Below are positions 1-10,200 of a stretch of DNA of 30,530 nucleotides, piece after piece (position 1 is the stretch's first letter; every line of letters begins with the position of its first letter). This stretch comes from a virus. Taxonomy: Duplodnaviria; Caudoviricetes. Location: the IMG/VR virus record IMGVR_UViG_3300028596_000048, positions 1-30,530 of that record; one strand, written 5' to 3'. The notes under the pieces are model-generated. The model was not told the DNA's origin and searched no databases. It saw nothing but the letters and a program-made list of their open reading frames with translations. The position numbers were made by a program, and so were the translations under genes.

Positions 1-125
1 TACGGACTGACCGCATAACTGACTTCGTTCAACCCTGCAATGATGCCGGAGGCTTTCACCTCGTAGTTCTCGGGCAGACCGCTGGCGATCAGCTGGGCGA
101 GAATCAGATCGTCTTTACTGAGCAT
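1..125 (-). CDS. 5' part of a protein running off the window (MLSKDDLILAQLIASGLPENYEVKASGIIAG...), probably a virion/head protein
   Basis: My own translation: ATG at 125 overlaps the stop of the upstream 60-aa ORF (TAATG) and the frame stays open to base 1. The function is inferred only from position downstream of the vRNAP beta genes. Confidence 0.65.
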   Translation of the reverse strand, partial: MLSKDDLILAQLIASGLPENYEVKASGIIAGLNEVSYAVSP

Positions 126-307
126 TATTGAGGATCCTTGATGAGAGAGGATTGAGCCTTGTGGTTCACTGCTTTGCTGATTTTCTCTGCTTGTTCAGCA
201 GGATCCAGCGGGGCGATGTATTCGAGGCCGACTTTGTCAACAGTCTTACGGATGAACCGTACGACGTTTGCCAACGTGATGATGTTGTTGATCTGGGTAG
301 GGGTCAT
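125..307 (-). CDS. small hypothetical protein (60 aa)
   Basis: Fills the gap between the endolysin stop (323) and the next ATG. AGGA upstream of the start, TAATG coupling to the next gene, phage-like codon usage. Confidence 0.7.
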   Translation of the reverse strand: MTPTQINNIITLANVVRFIRKTVDKVGLEYIAPLDPAEQAEKISKAVNHKAQSSLIKDPQ

Positions 308-322
308 GACGACGCGTCCTTA

Positions 323-1213
323 TTAGAGAAGGGGAAGGCGGTTGGCTGGGTCCATACCGGCGTAGTACGAGTTGTAGATCGTGGACGAGATTTCACCAAT
401 GGTGATCTTGTCGTCCTTATCCACATCAAACCCTTTGTTCTGGGTGTACGACTTGAGGTATTTCGGATCGTTCTTGTCGAACAGCACCTGATCAGCTTGT
501 TTGCCGACCGCAGCCGGGTAGAAGATGGTGAGGTAGAAGTCTTCCAGCTGGGTATAGCGCTTGCCAGCACGCATCCAGAACTCGAAATACTTGAAGACCA
601 GATCCAGCTGCGTGAGCTGATCCATGGCCTTGATCTGATCAAGGGTATAGCCCAGGTCCGACGCAGCGCCTTTCATGAACTGGATGAGGCCGAATGCCTG
701 AGCACCCGCTTTGTTCTGGATGCTTGGGCTGAAGGTACCTGCCGACTCGAAGTGCATGCAGGCCATCAACCAGCTGGCAACGATTGGATCGAAACCATGC
801 TTCTTGCACCAGTCGGTGATCTTCCGACGGAACTCACGGGAAACCTTCTTGCTCCAGGCCATGTCGTAAGTCGGGAGGTTCTTAACCCCACGATAATGAC
901 CCGCCATCAACTGGATACCGCCCAGCGAGTTCTTACCCCAGACACGGTCGATGTTACCGAGGTAGACACCCATGTCTTTCATGTAGAGCTGGAGTTGCTC
1001 CACGATGTTCTTACCATCAGCCGTGGCTTTGGATGGCATGCTGGCCGCAGTGAAAATACCACGACCGATGAATGCAGCGTACGTGCGCATGAGTTCAACA
1101 ACGCCGGAGGCCGAACCTGGCCCCCAGACGCCGTCAATATCACCGCCGTACAGGTTCAGTTCCTTGAGGACAACTTGAATGTCCTTGAAACCGTTCTTGG
1201 TACGGAAGTCCAT
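323..1213 (-). CDS. modular endolysin: N-terminal peptidoglycan-binding repeats plus C-terminal lysozyme-like/lytic transglycosylase domain (EL188-like)
   Basis: Two PG-binding-like repeats (LYGGDIDGVWGPGS; VYLGNIDRVWGKNS). Catalytic-type motif WLMACMHFES followed by AFGLIQFM. Confidence 0.9.
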   Translation of the reverse strand: MDFRTKNGFKDIQVVLKELNLYGGDIDGVWGPGSASGVVELMRTYAAFIGRGIFTAASMPSKATADGKNIVEQLQLYMKDMGVYLGNIDRVWGKNSLGGIQLMAGHYRGVKNLPTYDMAWSKKVSREFRRKITDWCKKHGFDPIVASWLMACMHFESAGTFSPSIQNKAGAQAFGLIQFMKGAASDLGYTLDQIKAMDQLTQLDLVFKYFEFWMRAGKRYTQLEDFYLTIFYPAAVGKQADQVLFDKNDPKYLKSYTQNKGFDVDKDDKITIGEISSTIYNSYYAGMDPANRLPLL

Positions 1214-1216
1214 AAC

Positions 1217-4200
1217 TTAATTACCCCGATAAACAGCAATCGCTTGCTTCGTGAATTGGAAAGACCACTCGTTCACAATGAGCCGGTTACGGAAGGAGAT
1301 CACCATTCGGTTGAAGGGTGCTTTAAAGCTCGTCTTAGCGTCGATTTCCTGCTTGTCCTCGGTGTACATCTTCTTGGTCATGATTCGACCTGCCGTGGCT
1401 TTAAGCTGGTTACCGAACACGAACTTGTCAGCACGGGTCCGACCGTCTTGAGACTCTACAAAGAAAATCACCAAGAGGGTATCTGGCTGGATGCTGGGAC
1501 GGTTAACGTTGAAGATACCAGAGACGGCATTGGTTTCCACCGGATCACCGACAATCTGGTTCTTACGTTTGGTCAGCTTATTCGCTTTGGTCACGAACTG
1601 ACGCACCGATTCCGACATGTTTTCCAGAGTACCGTTGTACTGGACCCTGATGTCTACAATCTTCCCGTGGTGGGTCGACTTAACTTGCTTGATACCCAGC
1701 TTGTTCACTTCAGCAACAAACGAGGCATCATGATTCCCCTCCACCAAATGCGGTTCTTCAATATCGCATAAAATCGAGTCTTGCTCGATCTCGTCCCCCA
1801 CCTTAACTTTCAGAATCAGATTATCCGTTATCTTCATCGTGAAGGGAGTAGGCTTGATATAAGGAATCAGGGTTTCGTTCGCAATCCGCTGACTGATTGC
1901 GATGGAGTCCTCATAGGTGTCCTGGTCTTCGAACAGACCAACACGAACCATGAAGCCACCTTTCAGACCCACCTGACCCGGACAGAAGATATCCCGCATG
2001 AACCAGTTATCGTCCCAACCGACCACATCACCCTTCTTGAACTTGTCGCCGACTTTCATATCGGTAACGCGGGTATGCCGGTGGTACTCACCGCTTGCTT
2101 CGCCGATGTATAGTCCCAGCGGGTAACGATCCACGGACTTGTCGTCGTAGGTAATTACCAGCTCATCGTCTTTGACCTCAGTTACCGTACCGTTAGCTTT
2201 CGCAACCTTACTGTACAGTTCAGAAGTCCGGTGAGGGACAACGTTCTCATAACCGGTGCGCAGAGAAACAATGCCGTAGTTCTTGGCACTGATCGCTTGG
2301 CTCCATTGTGTCGAAGTAAACACCGCCCGCTTAGCGTCATCGTGTCGACCACCGTACATCAGGTTCATGGTGACCGAACCATCACCGCAAGGGGTCCGTT
2401 CCTTGGTGAGGTCGATGTTGCCGCGGAAGTCTGCAATCGCTGGATCAGAACTGGTGTAGGTCACGAAGCCTACCTTACCGCTGTCCTTGTTCGCTTCCGA
2501 GATAATCCCTTGGTAACTGAGCAGCTGAGTACGAGCCCGCTTAACTACCGTGATCTCGTTGCGACCACCGGTACCACCAAAGGTAACTTCTTCCTGGTCT
2601 TTCAGCTGGTGAATAGGGTTAACCTCTTCCACTTGTTGACCCGAGTTATCTTCACCAATGGCGATGATCACTGCATCCGGGTTAAAGTCCAGCTTGTGAC
2701 GACGGGAAATGCCTTTGTTCTTGAACTGACGGTTAGCCTTACACATCTCACGATAGAACAGCCCTGCGAAGCGTTCATAGCCCACAAGACGTTGTTCCTC
2801 GATCTCTACCTCATGGCGACTGTAATCCGTCTCCAGTGCCTTGGCAGCGTCAATCAGCAAGTAGTGGAACGATTCCGACAACTTCATCTTTCTCAGCTCT
2901 TCGCGAGCAATCGGATCGATGAACAGATCGTAAAGGTTCTTCATCTCCTGGAACTGCGCCGGACGCACCCGAGGGTCCCCCATCAATGCAGTCCAGATGG
3001 AGTTGTTGTTCAAGTCCGACTTACTGAAGTTGCTGATGTTGGTCAGTTTAGGCAACCCACCGAAGATCATGGTGGTCAGCTTTTCACGACGGTTGAAGAT
3101 CAGGTACTGGTCGTTGAACTTGATCGCGTATTCATCGCTATCCAGTTTAGGACGTTCACCAATCGGAACCGAACGCGTCGTGGCTTTAATAACCTTCAAC
3201 AGCTCGTCAATGCCGAAGTAATAGCACAGTACCACACCCAGTGGGAATTGATACCCGCTGATGTTGATGAGTGCATGTTCCAACGGTGCCTTGGTCAGAT
3301 CAATGCCCAGTAGGTCTTCCACGGTGCCTTTACCGATGTCACCTTGGTAGAGGTTACCGTAGTCGTCGATGGTCAGTGGTTCATTCCCTTGCACGCCAAT
3401 CAGGAAACGATCCTGCTTGGTATATTTCTTGTACTCGGGATGTTTCTCCAACAGGCCAGCCAAGTTGAAGTCCAGAACCGTATCGCCTACAGTGATACTC
3501 TTGTACTGCTTAGCCAGCATCGAGTAGATACGCGGGGCTTTGTAACTGCGATCAAACGTACCACCTTTGCTAAAGGTGTACTTCTTAACCTTGCTCTGCA
3601 ACGCAATCTGTTTGACCATGAACTTTTCCAGATCGTCTACGACTTTCCGGCTTCGAGTGATCATCAGCTTACGATCGTAGTAGCTGGTCAGGGCTACTTC
3701 CCATGGAGAGATCTTGCGGAAGACCTTCTCTTTACGTTGCAACTGGAAGTGTTGCTTAACACTGTCGATGGTAAAGGTACCGTCATCCTTAACCACTGGG
3801 AAGCGTGGGTGGATAGTTACCTGGTCACCGTTGACATGGTGGAACTGAATGCTGTGAACGTCGTAGCTGCCTTCCACACTGCTGTGGTTCTCAACCCGGT
3901 AATCGTTCATGGCGTAACCAGCGTTCTGCATCCCCAGTGCCATGGCAGCAATGTCTTTCTGCAAGAACTTCTTGGCGTAACCATTCTTCAGCGCAGTGGC
4001 TCGACTGTTCAACATCGAGTCATCCAGAACCGTAGCGAAGTTACCTTCAATCTTCGATTCAGTGGTGAGCGATTTCAGTTCCTCGTCGGAGATCTGAATG
4101 AACTCACCAAAGGTTTGACCGTTGGGCATTTCAATGTGCTGCCAACGCATCGCCTTGCGCATGAAGAACTCTTGCTCGGCTACTGTCAGGACACCATCAC

Positions 4201-5551
4201 GTGCCCGCTCATCCAGCGCCAGCTTTACACCGCTCTCAGGAGTTGGGAAAGCCACCTTGTTGGTGTTGATCTCCCCGCCTCCTTTCTCAACCTCGAGCAG
4301 AGAGTCGTCTACTTCGGAGGACCATTCCGAAACGCTTTCATCAGGGCTTCCCGCTCCCTGACTTCCTTCGGTTTCAACATGTCCTCCAGCGTCCTTCGCA
4401 TCACTAGCGAAAATGTCAAGGATATTACCAGAATCATTACTAGGGTTAGAGGACTTACCCGCGCCAGCAGACTGCCCGTCTTTTCCGTCGTTTTGCCCCT
4501 TCCCTCCCGACGCTTCTCCCTTCGCTCCTGAATCCACTTTGGAATTCGGCGAAGTGGTTTCGTCGGCACCTCCTTCAGTTCCGTCATTTCCTTGTACCTC
4601 TTTAGCAATATCCTTCTCAGGAACCAAATCCCGCGTCAGGCTCAAGAAGACCAAGTAGAAACGTTTCACGACGTTCATGCGCTTGGTGCTCTTAAGACCT
4701 TCCAGCTCCAGTACCGGAGTCTTGAACTCCTGACCTGGCTTCAACCCTACTTCGTCCAGCCACTCCTTTACCAGGCTAGCTTTAAGCACCAAGGCTTTGC
4801 TCTGGTAAGTGAAGATGAAGTGGAGACTCCCCAACGCCTTCTCGCTCAGTTTCCCGAAGAGACTGTACTCCGACTGACCCAACAACCAGCCCAACAGATC
4901 CAGCAACCAGTACGTGTTCTCAGCCTTGGTGCTACCCAGTACTTGTGGACTCAGTACTGGGAGTCCGTCTTTAAAGTTCTTGATGAACAGACGGTAATCA
5001 TCCAACAACTCGGTAAAGCTTGGCAGGTTCAACGGCAACTCAATGCGCAGGAACTGGTGACGATCACCGCGAACCGCTTCTGTGTTGATCCCTTCCACAA
5101 CCATCAGCATCTGGTTGTAATACTTCTCGTAGTTGACATACAAACTAGGACGATAGATGAAACGATGCGGTATCAGGCCGTAGTTACGAACAACCAGCAC
5201 CCGGTCCTTGGCGTAGACCGTGCTGATGTCGCGGGTCCAGTTATAGTTGTAGTGGCCGGCACGATACGCACTGATCGCTTTCTTCAAATCAAACGTGGCC
5301 ATTCGGCCATTACCCATCACCGGGTGTAGCAGATCCGTTACGAAGTCAATGTACACTTCAGACGGATAGTTGCTAACAAACGCCTCGCTGTTGCTTGGGC
5401 CGTATTCCGCTGGATTCTTAGGGACGTATTGCAGCAGACTGTTTTTCGGTAAATTGATTTCACCGATACTGTGGAACACTGGGTTCACCAGGTCCTGCTT
5501 CTTCCGCAATACCAAATTTCGGAAGAAGTCGTTGTAGAGAATAGGCGTCAT
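1217..5551 (-). CDS. rpoB: virion RNA polymerase beta subunit, N-terminal part (phiKZ gp178-like)
   Basis: RpoB-like motifs HDDAKRAVFTSTQWSQA (cf. HDDANRALMGANMQRQA), RTGYE, TYEDSIAIS and ADKFVFGNQLK. Lacks the RpoB C-terminus, which is encoded at 21761-22441. Confidence 0.93.
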   Translation of the reverse strand: MTPILYNDFFRNLVLRKKQDLVNPVFHSIGEINLPKNSLLQYVPKNPAEYGPSNSEAFVSNYPSEVYIDFVTDLLHPVMGNGRMATFDLKKAISAYRAGHYNYNWTRDISTVYAKDRVLVVRNYGLIPHRFIYRPSLYVNYEKYYNQMLMVVEGINTEAVRGDRHQFLRIELPLNLPSFTELLDDYRLFIKNFKDGLPVLSPQVLGSTKAENTYWLLDLLGWLLGQSEYSLFGKLSEKALGSLHFIFTYQSKALVLKASLVKEWLDEVGLKPGQEFKTPVLELEGLKSTKRMNVVKRFYLVFLSLTRDLVPEKDIAKEVQGNDGTEGGADETTSPNSKVDSGAKGEASGGKGQNDGKDGQSAGAGKSSNPSNDSGNILDIFASDAKDAGGHVETEGSQGAGSPDESVSEWSSEVDDSLLEVEKGGGEINTNKVAFPTPESGVKLALDERARDGVLTVAEQEFFMRKAMRWQHIEMPNGQTFGEFIQISDEELKSLTTESKIEGNFATVLDDSMLNSRATALKNGYAKKFLQKDIAAMALGMQNAGYAMNDYRVENHSSVEGSYDVHSIQFHHVNGDQVTIHPRFPVVKDDGTFTIDSVKQHFQLQRKEKVFRKISPWEVALTSYYDRKLMITRSRKVVDDLEKFMVKQIALQSKVKKYTFSKGGTFDRSYKAPRIYSMLAKQYKSITVGDTVLDFNLAGLLEKHPEYKKYTKQDRFLIGVQGNEPLTIDDYGNLYQGDIGKGTVEDLLGIDLTKAPLEHALINISGYQFPLGVVLCYYFGIDELLKVIKATTRSVPIGERPKLDSDEYAIKFNDQYLIFNRREKLTTMIFGGLPKLTNISNFSKSDLNNNSIWTALMGDPRVRPAQFQEMKNLYDLFIDPIAREELRKMKLSESFHYLLIDAAKALETDYSRHEVEIEEQRLVGYERFAGLFYREMCKANRQFKNKGISRRHKLDFNPDAVIIAIGEDNSGQQVEEVNPIHQLKDQEEVTFGGTGGRNEITVVKRARTQLLSYQGIISEANKDSGKVGFVTYTSSDPAIADFRGNIDLTKERTPCGDGSVTMNLMYGGRHDDAKRAVFTSTQWSQAISAKNYGIVSLRTGYENVVPHRTSELYSKVAKANGTVTEVKDDELVITYDDKSVDRYPLGLYIGEASGEYHRHTRVTDMKVGDKFKKGDVVGWDDNWFMRDIFCPGQVGLKGGFMVRVGLFEDQDTYEDSIAISQRIANETLIPYIKPTPFTMKITDNLILKVKVGDEIEQDSILCDIEEPHLVEGNHDASFVAEVNKLGIKQVKSTHHGKIVDIRVQYNGTLENMSESVRQFVTKANKLTKRKNQIVGDPVETNAVSGIFNVNRPSIQPDTLLVIFFVESQDGRTRADKFVFGNQLKATAGRIMTKKMYTEDKQEIDAKTSFKAPFNRMVISFRNRLIVNEWSFQFTKQAIAVYRGN

Positions 5552-7173
5552 TGCTCAAGTCCTTCTAATCCACTGGTAGCAGATTTAAACATGAATTGAA
5601 TCGGTTCGTTAATCGGGTCGTACAAGAATCGTCCAGTACCGCTGATGTAGTATGAACGTTTACCGAACAACTCCTTGACTTGTTCTTTACTGTCCTCAGC
5701 ACAGACCGAGTTACTGTTCAACTGGTCACCGTCGTGGTCGGAGTCGAGACCGGCTTCACGAGACGGATCTACCGACATGGCATCGAAGAAGTCTTGCTTC
5801 TCACGCCGCGTTGGGTAGGAGTAACAGGTATCGCGTTCACTCCAGTCGTACGGATCTCGGATAGTCCTTGGACCAGCGCCTTCGGTAGTGATGAGGTTAA
5901 CCGCAGCAGGGAAAATCGAACCAATACCAATGATCGGGTAACGGGTCTGTTGACTGACCTGATCACCGATCGCTTTGTAACAGCTGAGGTAGAAGAACTC
6001 CATGTAGGTAATTGGACGCGCAAGCTTACGGTCCTTATCTTCAGGGAGGTCGTTGATGTCGTGAATTACGCAAACGTTTTCACCGTCATCGTAAACCAGC
6101 ATAAGGTAACGGTTCTCGATGACAATCTCTTTGTTACGGATCGAAGGGTCGGCAAACCCATTGAAGAGTTTGTTGATACCAGTAAACGTAGTCCACTTGT
6201 CCACGATAGCTGGAGACACTTCAACGTACTCGAACTCCAAGGTCTTCTTGTTCACCAACTTGGCAGTTTGGTTACCAATGGTGAAGACGTTGGTCAGGTA
6301 TTCGGTCATTACACCGTGAGCACAGACGTACTGGTAGTTCAGCAAGCCTTGGAACAAACCCATATCGACCGAGTTGGGACTGACCAGCATTTTGGTCTTG
6401 AGGTTCTTACGACTGACCTTACGTGCAGTAATGACGTTACGGGTACCGCCCACCACACCACGTGTCGACATACGGCGCTGGAGGATACCGCCCTTGCCTT
6501 GGAGCAGGTCGAAGAGGTATTGGTCGATATCGTTGAACGCGGTCTGTACGCCCCACCGTACGCTGTCGTAGAGGGGGTTCTCGGCGTCACCTTTACCACC
6601 CAGGATAACCCGCGTCCGGAAGATCAGTGCACGGTAGAGTTCAGTGATCTCTGGTTCTGTAGGAGCACCATTAGCCCCGAACTGAATGTCACGAAGACCC
6701 GCAGGAATTACGATGACCTTATCTGTCATGGCAATGTTGCGGAAATCCACCAACAGTTTTACCCGCTGACCACGCTTATACGAAGGGGTCGTACTGAAAA
6801 CGATCTCTTTCAGTTTACTAACAAAGAAGGAAAAACCAGACTGGCCTTCGAGGAGGTTCGATTTTATGAAATCACCCTTCTCTTCGTCGAAGACGGCGTA
6901 TTCCGCTCCCCTCAAAATTCCTTGGTAAAGTGCCTTCACCAAAATGAGGGCTTTGAGGTAAGTAGGGTTGAAGATTGGGAGCTTGACATCGATGTACGCT
7001 TCAGTCTTATCCCGCTCTTTACTACCCACCTTACCAAAGATTTCAATGGAATACAGACCATCGTCGTTGAGGTTCTGGGTCATCCCCTCGAACGCGTCAG
7101 TGGACGTAATAGGTTTAAAGACGCCCGGGACAATCGTCCGGGGGTCTAAGAGTGTTAAGTTAGTGGGTTTCAT
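5548..7173 (-). CDS. rpoC: virion RNA polymerase beta' subunit, N-terminal catalytic part (phiKZ gp180-like)
   Basis: RpoC-like motifs DGLYSIEIFG, VIPAGLRD, LQGKGG, RNVIT, RYP and a DxDGD loop (DSDHDGD). ATGA overlap with the beta-N gene. Confidence 0.93.
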   Translation of the reverse strand: MKPTNLTLLDPRTIVPGVFKPITSTDAFEGMTQNLNDDGLYSIEIFGKVGSKERDKTEAYIDVKLPIFNPTYLKALILVKALYQGILRGAEYAVFDEEKGDFIKSNLLEGQSGFSFFVSKLKEIVFSTTPSYKRGQRVKLLVDFRNIAMTDKVIVIPAGLRDIQFGANGAPTEPEITELYRALIFRTRVILGGKGDAENPLYDSVRWGVQTAFNDIDQYLFDLLQGKGGILQRRMSTRGVVGGTRNVITARKVSRKNLKTKMLVSPNSVDMGLFQGLLNYQYVCAHGVMTEYLTNVFTIGNQTAKLVNKKTLEFEYVEVSPAIVDKWTTFTGINKLFNGFADPSIRNKEIVIENRYLMLVYDDGENVCVIHDINDLPEDKDRKLARPITYMEFFYLSCYKAIGDQVSQQTRYPIIGIGSIFPAAVNLITTEGAGPRTIRDPYDWSERDTCYSYPTRREKQDFFDAMSVDPSREAGLDSDHDGDQLNSNSVCAEDSKEQVKELFGKRSYYISGTGRFLYDPINEPIQFMFKSATSGLEGLEQ

Positions 7174-7200
7174 TACTTTACCCTTTAGAGAGAATTAGAA

Positions 7201-10200
7201 ATGGCTGAAGAATACGACAGCTACGATTGGGGTGATGATCCCTTCCAGGGGGACATCGACTTCGATTCTGACTTTGATAAAGCTGAGAAACATGGTTTCA
7301 TTCGATCGTTCGCTACTGGGTTCCTGTCAGGTGTAGTAGAGAAGACCGTTGGGGATACCGATGCTCGTATCGATACCCTGAAGATGGTGCTTCCGAAAAC
7401 CTGGACCCGCGCCTTCAATACCCTGGACCAACTGAACCGTAAACGTCGTGAACTGGTCCGCGAACTCCAGGGTGAGATCCATGGGTCGATGGACGACCTT
7501 CAGTATCTGGCCAAACGTGCGGGTGAAAGGCTTCAGAAATCCTTTCCTAATAAAATCGGTGAGGGTCTGATTGAGTTCAGTAAGAACGATTTCAGCAGCT
7601 GGGAGAACATCAGCGGCGGTTCTGGTGACAGTGATCCAAACCTTGAGAGTGTAGAAGACGGCGAGGTTAATGAAGTACTTGACCAAGCCGGTGTCAACTC
7701 ACTGAAAGAGCGTGAGACTGCCGTAGAAGTCGGTAATGCTCAGATCGGGATGATGACCGAGATCGGTGGTCGTACCATAGGTGGCTTGAATGTCATTAAC
7801 CAGCAGCTCGGTCGTAGCAACATGCTGCTGGAAGGCATCCTCGACTATCAACGTAAAGTCCAGGCTCGTAACGACGCCATGCGCTTGACCTTGGCGGCTC
7901 GTTCGTACCTGACCGACAGCAAGTATTACAAGTTCCAGGAAGCCTCCAACCACCGCATCATTCGTGAACTGAAGAAGATCGCTGCTAACTCTGCCAAGTC
8001 CGACTATGAGAAAACCACTCACAGTCAGGCTGCGCGTAAGAGCATCCGTGATTCGGTGTTCACTACGGTCAAGGGTCAGTTCGGCGGTATCGCTGATTAC
8101 TTCAGTGAGCGTTTCGGTAAGTCGGCTCGTAGTGACGCGGTAGGTAACGTTGGTGAGATCGCCAGTAGCCTGCGTATGGCTCTGGAGATGACCGAGGGGA
8201 TGGATTTCAACCTCGGGAATATGCTGGGTAACGCTGCCGCTGGTATGTTCATCAGTAGTCTTCCTAGGCTCATTCGTTCGGGTAAAGCTCAAGAAGCACT
8301 GAACAAGTTGAAGAAGCGGTTTCCTGAAGCAGCGAAGAAAGCAGAAGACGCTTACATTCGTCTGGAGGATTTGGGTAACGTAACCAACTATGCCGTGGCT
8401 AACGCTGAAGGCATGATGAACACCTTGCAGGAGTTTGGTAAGAACTCGTTCTATCAAGACGACGACATGACCTATGAGGACTACCTCGACCAGTTTACTG
8501 GCGAAGGTAAGCCGATGGGTAAGTACGAATGGACCATGAAGAACTTTGCCCGCAATGCGGTGAACAAAGGGACTGGTGCTATACTGGATGACATGTATAC
8601 CAGTACACCTACTCAGTACAACCTGCAACGTCGTACCCTCAAGGATAACTTCGAAGCAGAAGTGTGGCGTCGTCAAGACTCCCGCACTCTGAACGAAGCC
8701 ATCCCTGCTCTGCTGAGTGCAATTGAGCTGAGCTTGGAGAAGATCCGTACCGGCGACGACACCCTTAAAGCACGGTCGTATGACTTTGTACGGGGTAAGC
8801 TGATCGACCATCGTCAGAAAGTTACCGATGCGTTCAATCGGACTTTCAGTCAGCAGAACTTCCGCAACTACGCGGACATGGCTAACCGAACAGCTAACCA
8901 GTTGGACCCTAATAAGGAACTGACCGAGTCGGCTCGTCAAGCGTTGGCTCTGGAGATGGCGAATCAGGCTGACCGTAAGAAAGGTTTCAGTCCGTACAAC
9001 TACATGGAACTGCCCCACCTTAACCCGAACGATGCTGCTGAAATCCGCGGGCTCATGCAACGTAACTTTGGGATTACTGATGAGATTTTCAACGAGTTCA
9101 AGGAAGGGGATCACGTACAGCGGCAAGCTAAACTGACGTACCTGCCAACTGAGGCCGGTCGGGAGATGGCAGCGAAGATCATCGATGAAGCTATTCGTCT
9201 GGGTCAGTTCGCACCTAACTTGGCGGAAGACATTGATGTTGCTCGTAACAGTGGTTACTACGACATCATGAAAGAATGGGGGATGACCAAGTCTGAATAC
9301 GGCCGTGACCGGATCGATGAGGACAAGGTTAAGGAATTGCTGAAGGAGTTCATCAAGGACCCCAGCAAGCGTATTACCCGCGAGGACCCCCAAGCTGAAC
9401 CCTACCGTCGTACACGGTCGTTCGGTAACCCGTTCCCCACCCCTGATCCTGATAATGCTCCTTTTGGCCCTAAGGTCACTCCTGGCGACGGCTCTGGTCC
9501 CGATGAGAAAGATGAGTTCAAAGACACACTGAAAGCACTGAAGGAATCCATCGATCAAGTAGCTGAGAATACCAAGTCCAGTTTGCTGGATGGTCGTTCC
9601 ACTAACGTCGGTTCCTTTATTGACAAACTGGGTGAACGTGTTGATCGCACCAACGCTCAATTGGAAACCTTGGTAACCTTGGCGAATGACCGTAACGGTT
9701 TGCTGACCAAGATCTTGGAAACCCGTCCTGTGGCGGCTGAATCCAAGATGTCCAAGGAAGAGGCTAATGAGGTCAAGGTAGAGAAACAGTCTATCTTGGA
9801 GCGGTTGAAACAAACCAACTTCAAAGACCTCTTCAATAAAGGCATGGACACTATCCTCAAGCACGAACCGCTGGTACTGGGTGGCTTGCTGGGTGGTTTG
9901 GCGGGTATGGCTGTTTATAACCCTAAAGCTGCAGCTATCGCAGGCGGCGGGGTTCTAGCGGCTATGGCTTATGGTAAGTTCCGTTCCATGGCACTGGCTC
10001 GTAAAGCAGCTGACGACCAAGACCTCTACGAGGAAGGGTCTGATGTTCCTATCCTGGAAGCTTGGAAACTGCGCCGTGGTGATTACTACGACCTGCTGAC
10101 TGGTAAAGCGATCGATACGTGGGATGCGATCACCGGCGGGGTTCGTGACATCACCAACAACACCGTAATCGGCGCTAAGCGTTTGGCGAACAAACTGTTC

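Noticed and set aside
1217-7173. Introns, inteins or homing endonucleases in the RNAP genes, which occur in some relatives
   Set aside because: Both frames are continuous and of expected size, with no intein termini or HNH/LAGLIDADG motifs seen.
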